DNA from: Planctomycetaceae bacterium
Lineage (GTDB): Bacteria > Planctomycetota > Planctomycetia > Planctomycetales > Planctomycetaceae
Length of the DNA stretch: 32,439 nt
Assembly (NCBI GenBank): GCA_035294845.1
Contig: DATGKC010000238.1
Span: 1-32,439, forward strand
Reading direction: 5' to 3'
How positions within the stretch are numbered: position 1 is the stretch's first letter; each line of letters opens with the position of its first letter. The notes under the pieces are model-generated. The model saw only the letters and a list, made by a program, of their open reading frames with translations, had not been told where the DNA came from and ran no database searches. Below are positions 21,832 to 30,161 of the stretch, one piece after another. The position numbers and the translations under genes were made by a program.

Positions 21832-23181
21832 ATGGCACGCCCTTCCTCCGGCCGATCCCGCGTTCGCCGGTCCATGGAAATCCACCACCGCGCTTTGGAA
21901 TTGATTCCCGGAGGGACGCAGCTCGTCAGCCGCCGGCCGACGCGATATGCGTGCGGCGTTTCGCCGGTGTATGCGGCCCGCGCGAGCGGCGCGCGGTTCT
22001 GGGACGTGGACAGCAACGAGTACATCGACTGGGTCAGCGGCATCGGCGCGATCATCCTGGGATATTGCGATCCGGTTGTGGACCAGGCCGTGTGCGAACA
22101 AATCGGCCGCGGCGTCAATTTCTCGATCAACCACGAGCTTGAGGTTGAGCTCGCCGAGGAGCTCGCGCGAACGATTCCCTGCGCCGAAATGGTGCGTTAT
22201 GCCAAATGCGGGGGCGAAGCGTGCGCCATAGCGATTCGAATCGCGCGTGGGGCGACGGGGCGCGACAAAGTGCTCTTTTGCGGTTATCACGGCTGGCACG
22301 ACTGGTATCTGGCCGCCAACCTCGATGCCCAGGCGAATCTCAACGCGCATCTATTTCCAGGCATTGAACCGATCGGCGTGCCAAGGGCGCTCGCCGGGAC
22401 CTCGATTCCGTTTCCGTATGGCGATCTCGATGCGCTGGGCGAGGCGCTCGACTCGCACCGCGGGCAGGTGGCGGCGGTGATTATGGAGCCGCTGCGTTCC
22501 GAGGCGCCTCCGGCCGGCTATCTTTCCGCCGTGGCCCGAGTTTGCCGCGAGCATTCCGTCCTTTTGATCTTCGACGAGGTCTCGTCCGGAATGCGGTTTG
22601 GGATGGCCGGCGCGCAAGGATTCGTCGGCGTGACGCCCGATCTGGCGGTATTCGCGAAATCGATCTCAAACGGCTACCCGATGGCGGTCGTCTGCGGGAA
22701 GCGCGACGTGATGCAGCAGGCGGCGACCATGTTCATTTCCAGCACCTACTGGAGCGATGCGATCGGCTTGACGGCAGCTCTCACGACTCTCCGCGAGCTG
22801 CGGCGCCGCGACGTGGCGGCGAACCTGGCGCGGTTCGGGGCCCTGCTTCAAAATCGAATCGACCAGGCGGCCCGCGAGGCGGGCTTCGGGGCCAGGTGCA
22901 CGGGCCTCAGCACCGCGCCGCATATTGATTTTCCGACCGATGATCCGGCGATGCGCACCAAGCTTGCCACCCTTTACATCCAAGAGATGGCAAAACGCGG
23001 ATGCCACGGATACGCCTCGTTCTATCTCAATGCCGCTCAGGGAGCCGCCGAGCTCGAGCAGACCGCAGCCGCCGCGCGCGAGACTTTTTCTCTGCTCGCC
23101 CAAGGGCTCGAAAAGGGCGCGCTCGACGCCCTGCTCGAATGCGATTTGCAGCAGGATGCGTTCCGGCGGCTCGTTCGCTGA
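21832..23181 (+). CDS. Class-III (GSA-aminomutase-like) PLP aminotransferase
   Basis: LIPGGTQLVSRRP, GGEACAIAIRIARGATGR, IFDEVSSGMRFG and the PLP-lysine context VFAKSISNGYPMA. It starts 9 nt after the CpaF-like stop. Confidence 0.88.
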   Translation: MARPSSGRSRVRRSMEIHHRALELIPGGTQLVSRRPTRYACGVSPVYAARASGARFWDVDSNEYIDWVSGIGAIILGYCDPVVDQAVCEQIGRGVNFSINHELEVELAEELARTIPCAEMVRYAKCGGEACAIAIRIARGATGRDKVLFCGYHGWHDWYLAANLDAQANLNAHLFPGIEPIGVPRALAGTSIPFPYGDLDALGEALDSHRGQVAAVIMEPLRSEAPPAGYLSAVARVCREHSVLLIFDEVSSGMRFGMAGAQGFVGVTPDLAVFAKSISNGYPMAVVCGKRDVMQQAATMFISSTYWSDAIGLTAALTTLRELRRRDVAANLARFGALLQNRIDQAAREAGFGARCTGLSTAPHIDFPTDDPAMRTKLATLYIQEMAKRGCHGYASFYLNAAQGAAELEQTAAAARETFSLLAQGLEKGALDALLECDLQQDAFRRLVR

Positions 23182-23209
23182 AACCGCATTGCCTGTCGCT
23201 CCAACGCGA

Positions 23210-24256
23210 TTACGGCGCGGCCGGCGTATTGATGAGGTCGACCATTTGCCTTAGCCGGCCCATGTCTTTGCGGTTGAATTGAAAAACGAGCCGCGGCAAT
23301 TCGGCCAGATGCGGATCGTCCGATTCCAGCGGCAGCGCGGCCGAGCGGACGATGCGGCCCGATTCGATGATGTCGCGAAACTCGTCATTGAGCCGCGCGA
23401 TCAGCTCGCTTCCCGGTTCATGATTGAGGCGCAACACCAGCTTGCGGCGGACGTATCTCATGCTGTGGTAGACGCTGTAGAACCGCAGGATCTCGGCCAC
23501 GGCGTCGGGAACCGATTCGAAGCAGCGAAAAAGCGACATATCGGCGTCGGAAATGAGTTGACGATTCAGGAGGTGTTCGACGACGAATTGCTGCCATGCC
23601 TTCCAATAGGTGCCGTGGGGTTGATCGACGCACACGATGGGCATCAGGTCTCGCTTGCCGGTCTGAACCAAAGTCAGCGTCTCGAAGAGCTCGTCTTGCG
23701 TCCCGAAGCCGCCGGGAAACAGCACGATGGCGTGCACCTCTTTCACGAACAACAGCTTACGGGTAAAGAAGTATTTGAAGTTGATCAGTTTTTGATCGGA
23801 GGCGATGACCGGGTTGGCTTCTTGCTCGAACGGAAGCATGATATTGAGACCGAACGACATCTTGCGGCCCGCTCCGGCGTGCCCGGCTTCCATGATTCCC
23901 GCTCCGCCGCCGGTCACGACCATCCAGCCGTGCGCAGCCATCTGGCGGCCAAATTCGATCCCCATCCGGTAAATCAACTGGTCCGGCGGAGTTCGGGCCG
24001 AACCGAACATGGTCACCTTGCGCTGCAGGCGAAAGGGCTTGAAAACCTTGAATGCGTAGCGCAGCTCCTTGAGCGCGCGGGCGATGATTTTGAGATCTCC
24101 GCGCGTCGTCTGATCGCGAACGAGCTTGTCGGCAACTTCCTTGATCTCGCCGACCAGCGCATCCGGACCGAAAGGCTCGAATTCAAGCGATTGTGCCGAC
24201 GACAAGACGTCGGTTTCAGAACGATCCGGGCGCGAATGCGGCACCTGGTCGGCCAT
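23210..24256 (-). CDS. LOG-family (TIGR00730) nucleotide 5'-monophosphate nucleosidase-like protein, long form with N- and C-terminal extensions
   Basis: VTMFGSAR and [12 protein letters not shown] are the LOG signature motifs. The ATG at 24256 has AAGGAG about 10 nt upstream. The track start at 24478 would overlap the MazG gene. Confidence 0.85.
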   Translation of the reverse strand: MADQVPHSRPDRSETDVLSSAQSLEFEPFGPDALVGEIKEVADKLVRDQTTRGDLKIIARALKELRYAFKVFKPFRLQRKVTMFGSARTPPDQLIYRMGIEFGRQMAAHGWMVVTGGGAGIMEAGHAGAGRKMSFGLNIMLPFEQEANPVIASDQKLINFKYFFTRKLLFVKEVHAIVLFPGGFGTQDELFETLTLVQTGKRDLMPIVCVDQPHGTYWKAWQQFVVEHLLNRQLISDADMSLFRCFESVPDAVAEILRFYSVYHSMRYVRRKLVLRLNHEPGSELIARLNDEFRDIIESGRIVRSAALPLESDDPHLAELPRLVFQFNRKDMGRLRQMVDLINTPAAP

Positions 24257-24354
24257 GACGATTAAGACTCCTTTGTTGGCAACTGTTCGATCATAGCAGA
24301 TGCGGAGCAAACTCGATCGTGGCCGATGCGGATGATCGGGAAACCCGGGCCGGA

Positions 24355-24705
24355 CTATCCCGATCGACCGCGAAACTCTTCCGCGGGATATTTCTGCGCA
24401 TTTTTGAGGAGCTTCGCCTGGACGGCCTCGCTCAGGTCGATTTCGAGCGCGTTGGCGATGCTCAAAACGTAGCAGCACACGTCGGCAATTTCATCGGCGA
24501 TTTCAGGGCGCTGGGCGGGGTCGCGCCCGCGGGCGATCGATTCGGCGTGGTCGAGCCATTGAAAGTGCTCCATGAGCTCGGCCGCCTCGATCGCCAGCGA
24601 CATGGCCAGGTTTTTCGGCGTGTGAAACCGTCGCCAGTCGCGCTCGTCGACGAAGGTTTGTACTGCCTGCCTCAACTGAAGCACGGTCGCCGTTTCGTCA
24701 GACAT
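24355..24705 (-). CDS. MazG-like nucleoside-triphosphate pyrophosphohydrolase (small, single-domain)
   Basis: [40 protein letters not shown] and [24 protein letters not shown] match the MazG/YpjD-type helical NTP-PPase pattern. The ATG at 24705 overlaps the upstream stop (TGATG). Confidence 0.85.
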   Translation of the reverse strand: MSDETATVLQLRQAVQTFVDERDWRRFHTPKNLAMSLAIEAAELMEHFQWLDHAESIARGRDPAQRPEIADEIADVCCYVLSIANALEIDLSEAVQAKLLKNAQKYPAEEFRGRSG

Positions 24706-25670
24706 CAAGACGCCTCGCCGGATTCGGAAACGTGAGCGGCGCGTGCTGCCCTTTGCGACTGCCGCTGGTAGCATTCCCCCAGGTGCATCATGAGCTCCAG
24801 CGCGAGCAGATCGGCCCGCGCCATCACGTGCCGCGTGCTGCGGTTGCCCAGCCCGTGCACGAGCCGCTCGACGCGCGCCAGATGCAAATCGAGAGCTTCC
24901 CGGGGCGTCAGGCCCCCGCGCGACAATAGTTCGGCGAGTTGGCCGATCTCGGCGGCCAGATTTCCCGATCCCATGATCACGTACGTTCGCAATAGCTCCT
25001 GGTAATAATCTTCGAATTCGGCGGGAAGCTTCAAACGCTCAGCCGCGTGCGCGGTCGCATCGTCGCCGGCGTCTGCCGCATCGGTCAGAGAGGCAAGCGC
25101 CGTTAAGATCTTCCTTTGTTGATTCAGCAGGTATTCGGCTTCGTCGCGCTCGCGAAAAAGCCGTCGCCGGTCGGCCGCCGTCAGCCGGTCGATTTCGTGC
25201 AGCATCCTGCCGCGCTCAACGGCCCGTTGAATCGCCGGCACGAGGGCCGAAGACTCCCAACCCTTGGCGCTCACCAGGACATCGACGTTGAGCCGCAGCG
25301 CCTCGCTCCAGGTTTCGTCGTCGGTCGCCACGGTGACGATCACGATGGGATCGGCGCATCCGCCGGCGCGAATGCCGCGAGCCAGGGCCAGCGGTTCATC
25401 GCCAGGACCTTGTCGATCAGGGTTCACTCGCACCAACAGGCAATCGAAGCTTTCGTCTCGCAACAGAGCGAGCGCTTCGTTCGCGGTTGAAACCCATCGG
25501 AAATTGGGTTCGACGCAACCCAGGGCGTCGAGCTGCAGCGTCAAGCTCACCCAGGACGGCTCGGCGCTGCCCACGCATAACAGCCGCAATCGCATGGGCA
25601 GCTCGCCAGCGCCGGTGTCGCTTATCGGCGGTTCGACAACGTTGGCGGGCGCGCCCTCCATAGCAGCCAT
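24705..25670 (-). CDS. Pseudo-receiver domain protein with a C-terminal helical (RsbU-N-like) domain
   Basis: The N-terminal half has a receiver-like beta/alpha pattern with the T (IVIVTVA) and K (VSAKG) positions retained. It lacks the acidic pocket (LLCVGSAEP) and the phospho-acceptor Asp (DCLLVRVNPD). The assignment of the C-terminal helical segment is tentative. Confidence 0.65.
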   Translation of the reverse strand: MAAMEGAPANVVEPPISDTGAGELPMRLRLLCVGSAEPSWVSLTLQLDALGCVEPNFRWVSTANEALALLRDESFDCLLVRVNPDRQGPGDEPLALARGIRAGGCADPIVIVTVATDDETWSEALRLNVDVLVSAKGWESSALVPAIQRAVERGRMLHEIDRLTAADRRRLFRERDEAEYLLNQQRKILTALASLTDAADAGDDATAHAAERLKLPAEFEDYYQELLRTYVIMGSGNLAAEIGQLAELLSRGGLTPREALDLHLARVERLVHGLGNRSTRHVMARADLLALELMMHLGECYQRQSQRAARAAHVSESGEAS

Positions 25671-25828
25671 CGTTCACATTCTCTCGACAAAAGTTGGCGG
25701 CGCCGGCCAAGAGGAGGTGAAACTCCCCGGCGATCGCCTCGCGAGCGGAACTATATGACTGATTTGTGACTTATGTCAAGTTGAATGAGAACCCGAAGTT
25801 TCGCTACGTTTTTCGAGAATTTTTGGAC

Positions 25829-25857
25829 TTGACTGCCTTGCGCGCCGTATGTATACT
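25829..25857 (+). promoter_or_regulatory. Candidate sigma70 promoter upstream of csrA
   Basis: TTGACT (25829-25834), a 17-nt spacer, then TATACT (25852-25857), in an AT-rich spacer. This would give a leader of roughly 170 nt before the csrA ATG. Confidence 0.4.
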
Positions 25858-26037
25858 TACGTACACTTATACTTCAGTTCACGTTCATTGTGGCGCACGT
25901 CATCTCATTTCTGCACACTTTCCATTGATTGATGGGCAGCAAGCGTAAATGCAAGGTAAAGCCATTGCGTTGTCAACGGCCGACAAAGGCCATCGGATTA
26001 TTGGGTTCTCTAAATCGCATCACAAGGAGGCGCTTCG

Positions 26038-26238
26038 ATGCTCGTGCTCAGTCGCAAAGTCGGAGAACGGATTTTCATTGCGTCCGGTATCGAAGTCGCC
26101 GTCGTCGATGTCCGTGGCGGCAAGGTGCGGATAGGCATCGAGGCCCCGGATCACATCAGAATCCGCCGAGTCGATGCGCGCAATGATTCCGCATTCAGCT
26201 CGCAGTCCAGCATGCCGGGCGCCAAGAGCTCGTCCTAA
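26038..26238 (+). CDS. csrA: Carbon storage regulator CsrA (RNA-binding global regulator)
   Basis: MLVLSRKVGERIFIASGIEVAVVDVRGGKVRIGIEAPDHIRIRR matches the CsrA consensus (MLILTRRVGE...V.V..I.G..VRIGI.AP....I.R.E). AAGGAGG lies 7 nt upstream of the ATG. Confidence 0.9.
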   Translation: MLVLSRKVGERIFIASGIEVAVVDVRGGKVRIGIEAPDHIRIRRVDARNDSAFSSQSSMPGAKSSS

Positions 26239-26596
26239 CGATCATCGCGCTGGTTGCACCGCCTTGGCGTCGAGCGTAAACTCCGCTCGAATCGCCGGAC
26301 GGCGAGCTCAATCGCACCCCCCTCATAAAGCGCGAGCCAAGCGCAAAAGCGCGACGTGCACTCCCCGGTCCCCCTGTCAAGCTAGGTCGCCTTTCGCGAA
26401 TTTGACGGTTGGGATATATTCATGATGTGTACTGCCGTTGCCGATAGAGCTGACTAAGCAGCCGTTCCGCGTCGACTCGCAAGCATTCCGACTGGGCCCG
26501 GGAATGCCGGTCGATCTGATCGCTTCGCCCTAAAAACCTACCACGTCACGTCTTCTGACTTTCTGAAGGCGTCCATTCGCACCTTTTGATCGAAGC

Positions 26597-28789
26597 ATGC
26601 AGCCCATCTCTCTGGCATTCTTCTGGCACCAGCACCAGCCGTATTACCCGGACGACGTCAGCGGCGAGACGCTGATGCCCTGGGTGCGCCTGCATGGGAC
26701 CAAAGATTACTACGGCATGGCGCTGCACATCAAAGAGGTGCCTGAATTTCGCTGCACGATCAATCTGGTCCCCAGCCTGCTGGTGCAGATCCAGCGATAC
26801 ACCGAGAAAGGCGCCACCGACCGGCATCTGGAAGTATCGCGGCTTCCCGCCGACGGCCTGTCGGAGCTCGATTCGCTGTACATACTCGACCAGTTTTTCA
26901 TGGCGAGCGTCGACAACATGATTCGACCGCACCCGCGGTATCACGAGTTGTACTTGAAGCGCGGTTTCGGGCGCGACACCGCAGAAAAAGCTCTGCCCCG
27001 GTACAACGAACGCGATCTTCGCGACCTTCAGGTCTGGAACAATCTGACCTGGATGCACCCTCTGGCATTCGAGAAAGACGCCGAGCTCCGCGAACTGCGG
27101 AACAAAGGGCGGTTCTGGACGGAGGGCGAAAAGCAACGCCTGCTCGACAAACAACTGGAAATCCTGAGGGAAATCATTCCGCTTCATCGCGAGCTGGCGC
27201 GCGCGGGGCAGGTCGAGCTGACGACCACGCCCTTTTATCATCCGATTTTGCCGCTCTTGTGGGACAAGCGCTGCGCCCGCCAGGCGATGCCGGAGTGCGA
27301 GTTGCCCAAGTACCTGGAATCTTACTCGGCCGATGCGAAGGTGCACGTCGATCGCGCCGTGGCGCTGCACAAGGAATTATTCGGGGCGGCTCCGGTCGGG
27401 ATGTGGCCGTCTGAGGGTTCGGTATCGCACGAGATCATACCCGTGGTTGCCCAATCCGGCATCGAATGGATCGCCACCGACGAAGAAATCCTCGCGCGCT
27501 CGACCAATGGCTGGATCTCGCGCGATTCGCAGGGGTTCATTCGCCATCCGGAAATGCTGTATCGGCCCTGGCGAGTCGAAGAGCAAGGGCACCAGCTTCA
27601 AATCGTATTTCGCGATCACGGGCTGAGCGACCTGATCGGCTTTCACTATCAGCGAAGCGACCCCGCGCGGGCCGCCCACGATCTTCTGGGAAGGGTCGAA
27701 GCCATCGGCCGCGCCGTCGAATCGAATAATGCGGGCCGCCGGGCCCTGGTTCCCATTATTCTCGACGGAGAGAACTGCTGGGAATATTATCCTGACGGCG
27801 GAGTCGAGTTTTTGAGGACGCTCTACAAAGGCGCCGCCCGGCACGGGGCCATACGGCCCGTGAAGATGTGCGATCACCTGCGCGAACATCCCGCGACCGA
27901 CCGCATCGGGCGCCTGTTCGCCGGCAGTTGGATATCTCACAACTTTGCCATCTGGATCGGACATCATGAAGACAACACCGCCTGGGACCTGTTGCACCAG
28001 ACGCGGCAATTCCTTTTGCAGAATCAGGCGCAGGGCAGCATCGCGCCCAATGCACTCGCGCGGGCCTGGCAAGAGCTGTACATCGCCGAAGGAAGCGACT
28101 GGTTCTGGTGGTTCGGCGACGATCATTCGTCGGCACAAGACGACCTGTTCGACCAACTTTTTCGCAAGCACTTGCAGAACGTTTACGCCTGCCTGGGCAC
28201 CCAGCCGCCGTCGTTGCTCAACCGGCCGATTACGAGACTGATTCGGCGGACGATTCACAGCGAGCCGAAAGGTTTTCTTTCGGTCAAAGTCGACGGCCGA
28301 CGAACGTATTTCGAATGGATCAACGCCGGCCACTACATTTCGGGGAGCGAGCGGGGGACGATGACGCTGGTCACGGATGGAGTCATCCGCGAAGTGTATT
28401 TTGGTTTCGACGTCGAGCAATTGATGCTGCGGGTCGATACGTCGCGATCGGCGCAAGACGACCTGTCGAGAGTGCAGGAAATCCGCGTGCAGTTTCTCGA
28501 GCCGCAGGGGTACGAAATTTGCATTTCCGACCCCGGCAAGCCGTCGATGAAGACGCGCATCTTGAAGAATCGCGAGGAAATCGCGCGAGCCCGCGTGAAG
28601 GCAGCCGTCGCGCAAATCCTGGAAATGACAGTGCCGTTTGCCGATTTGTCGCTCTTGCCGGATGCTCCGATCCATTTATTCATTGAAGTCGTTTCGGATG
28701 GACAATCGGTCGATCGCGCTCCGCGGGAAGGCGCGCTGGAAATGAGGGTCCCCGGCCCCGATTACGAGAAAATCATGTGGCAGGCGTAG
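26597..28789 (+). CDS. Glycoside hydrolase family 57 protein (alpha-glucan-active, large form)
   Basis: All five GH57 conserved regions are present: [37 protein letters not shown] (nucleophile Glu), [26 protein letters not shown]. Confidence 0.92.
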   Translation: MQPISLAFFWHQHQPYYPDDVSGETLMPWVRLHGTKDYYGMALHIKEVPEFRCTINLVPSLLVQIQRYTEKGATDRHLEVSRLPADGLSELDSLYILDQFFMASVDNMIRPHPRYHELYLKRGFGRDTAEKALPRYNERDLRDLQVWNNLTWMHPLAFEKDAELRELRNKGRFWTEGEKQRLLDKQLEILREIIPLHRELARAGQVELTTTPFYHPILPLLWDKRCARQAMPECELPKYLESYSADAKVHVDRAVALHKELFGAAPVGMWPSEGSVSHEIIPVVAQSGIEWIATDEEILARSTNGWISRDSQGFIRHPEMLYRPWRVEEQGHQLQIVFRDHGLSDLIGFHYQRSDPARAAHDLLGRVEAIGRAVESNNAGRRALVPIILDGENCWEYYPDGGVEFLRTLYKGAARHGAIRPVKMCDHLREHPATDRIGRLFAGSWISHNFAIWIGHHEDNTAWDLLHQTRQFLLQNQAQGSIAPNALARAWQELYIAEGSDWFWWFGDDHSSAQDDLFDQLFRKHLQNVYACLGTQPPSLLNRPITRLIRRTIHSEPKGFLSVKVDGRRTYFEWINAGHYISGSERGTMTLVTDGVIREVYFGFDVEQLMLRVDTSRSAQDDLSRVQEIRVQFLEPQGYEICISDPGKPSMKTRILKNREEIARARVKAAVAQILEMTVPFADLSLLPDAPIHLFIEVVSDGQSVDRAPREGALEMRVPGPDYEKIMWQA

Positions 28790-28861
28790 CCGAGCGGTTC
28801 CAACCGGCCGCGCCCGGGGCGCAGAGGCCGTGAGCTTCGAGGGAGTTGAATTCTAAATCAC

Positions 28862-29884
28862 ATGTCTGATCTCCGCAAAGATCCGATCGTCGGCCGCTGG
28901 GTGATTATCGCCACCGATCGCGCCAAGCGCCCGCAAGATTTCCCGCGCACCGAGCCCGTGAAGATCGGAGGCTTCTGTCCATTTTGCAAAGGGAGCGAAG
29001 CCAACACGCCCCCGGAAATCCTTGCTTATCGCGAGCCGCACACCAATGCCAATAATCCGGGTTGGCGCGTGCGCGTCGTGCCCAATAAGTTTCCCGCGCT
29101 TCAGGTCGAAGGCGCGCTGAACAAGCGCGGCGACGGAATCTACGACCTGATGAACGGCGTCGGGGCGCACGAGGTCATCATCGAATGCCCGCATCACGAA
29201 ACGAGCATGGCGCGGCTTTCGATCGACAATATCCGCGAAGTCCTCTGGGTCTACCGCGATCGGCTGGTGGATCTCAAACGCGACCCGCGACTGGTGCATG
29301 GACTCATCTTCAAGAATGTCGGGGCTCTCGCCGGCGCCTCGCTCGAACACAGCCATTCGCAGCTCATCGTAACACCCGTCGTTCCCATCTCGGTCTGGGA
29401 GGAGATGACCGGCTCCCTCGAGTTCTACAATTACCGCGGGCGCTGCATTTATTGCGACATGATTCAGCAAGAGTTGGCCACGGGCAGCCGCATCGTGCTC
29501 GACACGCCCAATTTCGTCGTCTTCTGCCCGTTCGCCAGCCGCTTTCCTTTTGAGACCTGGGTGCTCCCCAAGCAGCATTCCAGCCATTACGAAAACATTC
29601 CTCGTCAGGGCGTGGAAGAGATGGGAACCGTGCTCAAAACGATTCTCGGAAAGCTCGAGCTGGCGCTCGACGACCCTCCGTACAATTACATCATCCACAC
29701 GGCTCCATTCGATACCAAGGAAGTGCCGCACTATCATTGGCATTTGGAGATCATTCCGCGCCTCACGCGGATCGCCGGTTTCGAGTGGGGGAGCGGTTTT
29801 TACATTAACCCTGTTCTCCCCGAGCAGGCGGGCGCGTTTTTGAGAGAAGTCGAGGTCGAATTTGTCGCCGGGGGTGGCTACTGA
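28862..29884 (+). CDS. GalT-family (HIT-superfamily) hexose-1-phosphate nucleotidyltransferase / nucleotide-sugar phosphorylase-like protein
   Basis: N-terminal zinc motif [24 protein letters not shown] and the active-site block [12 protein letters not shown] (HxHxQ). The length is typical of a two-half GalT fold. Confidence 0.88.
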   Translation: MSDLRKDPIVGRWVIIATDRAKRPQDFPRTEPVKIGGFCPFCKGSEANTPPEILAYREPHTNANNPGWRVRVVPNKFPALQVEGALNKRGDGIYDLMNGVGAHEVIIECPHHETSMARLSIDNIREVLWVYRDRLVDLKRDPRLVHGLIFKNVGALAGASLEHSHSQLIVTPVVPISVWEEMTGSLEFYNYRGRCIYCDMIQQELATGSRIVLDTPNFVVFCPFASRFPFETWVLPKQHSSHYENIPRQGVEEMGTVLKTILGKLELALDDPPYNYIIHTAPFDTKEVPHYHWHLEIIPRLTRIAGFEWGSGFYINPVLPEQAGAFLREVEVEFVAGGGY

Positions 29885-30161
29885 CGCGGGCCGGCTCGAC
29901 GACGCGCGGCGATCAGCACCCAGAATGCGATGAGTTCGCAAGGAGCGGAAGACTAGGCAATCGGGGAGATAATTGACGGCTGTTCCGAGCATTCCGCCGA
30001 TCGAAAATTGATTCAAGTGCCGATACTTGAGTAAGACCGCCGGGAGGTTGTCGTTCAGCGTGCCGGATGACATCATTTGTTTTGAAAATTGCAAGACCCG
30101 CGCTCGGTTGCCGTCGGGCCATTGAGCACTCGGCCTTCTTATGGAGGAAGGGACGCTGTCC

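Noticed and set aside
25766-25948. 60-codon ORF (GTG start) in the AT-rich spacer upstream of csrA
   Set aside because: It overlaps the predicted csrA promoter, has no RBS, and its composition reflects AT-rich non-coding DNA.
29885-30161. Eight GGA triplets in the leader of the second GH57 gene, considered as a clustered CsrA-binding leader
   Set aside because: My rough expectation for GGA in about 277 nt of this base composition is around five. The enrichment is therefore not convincing without structure or loop context.
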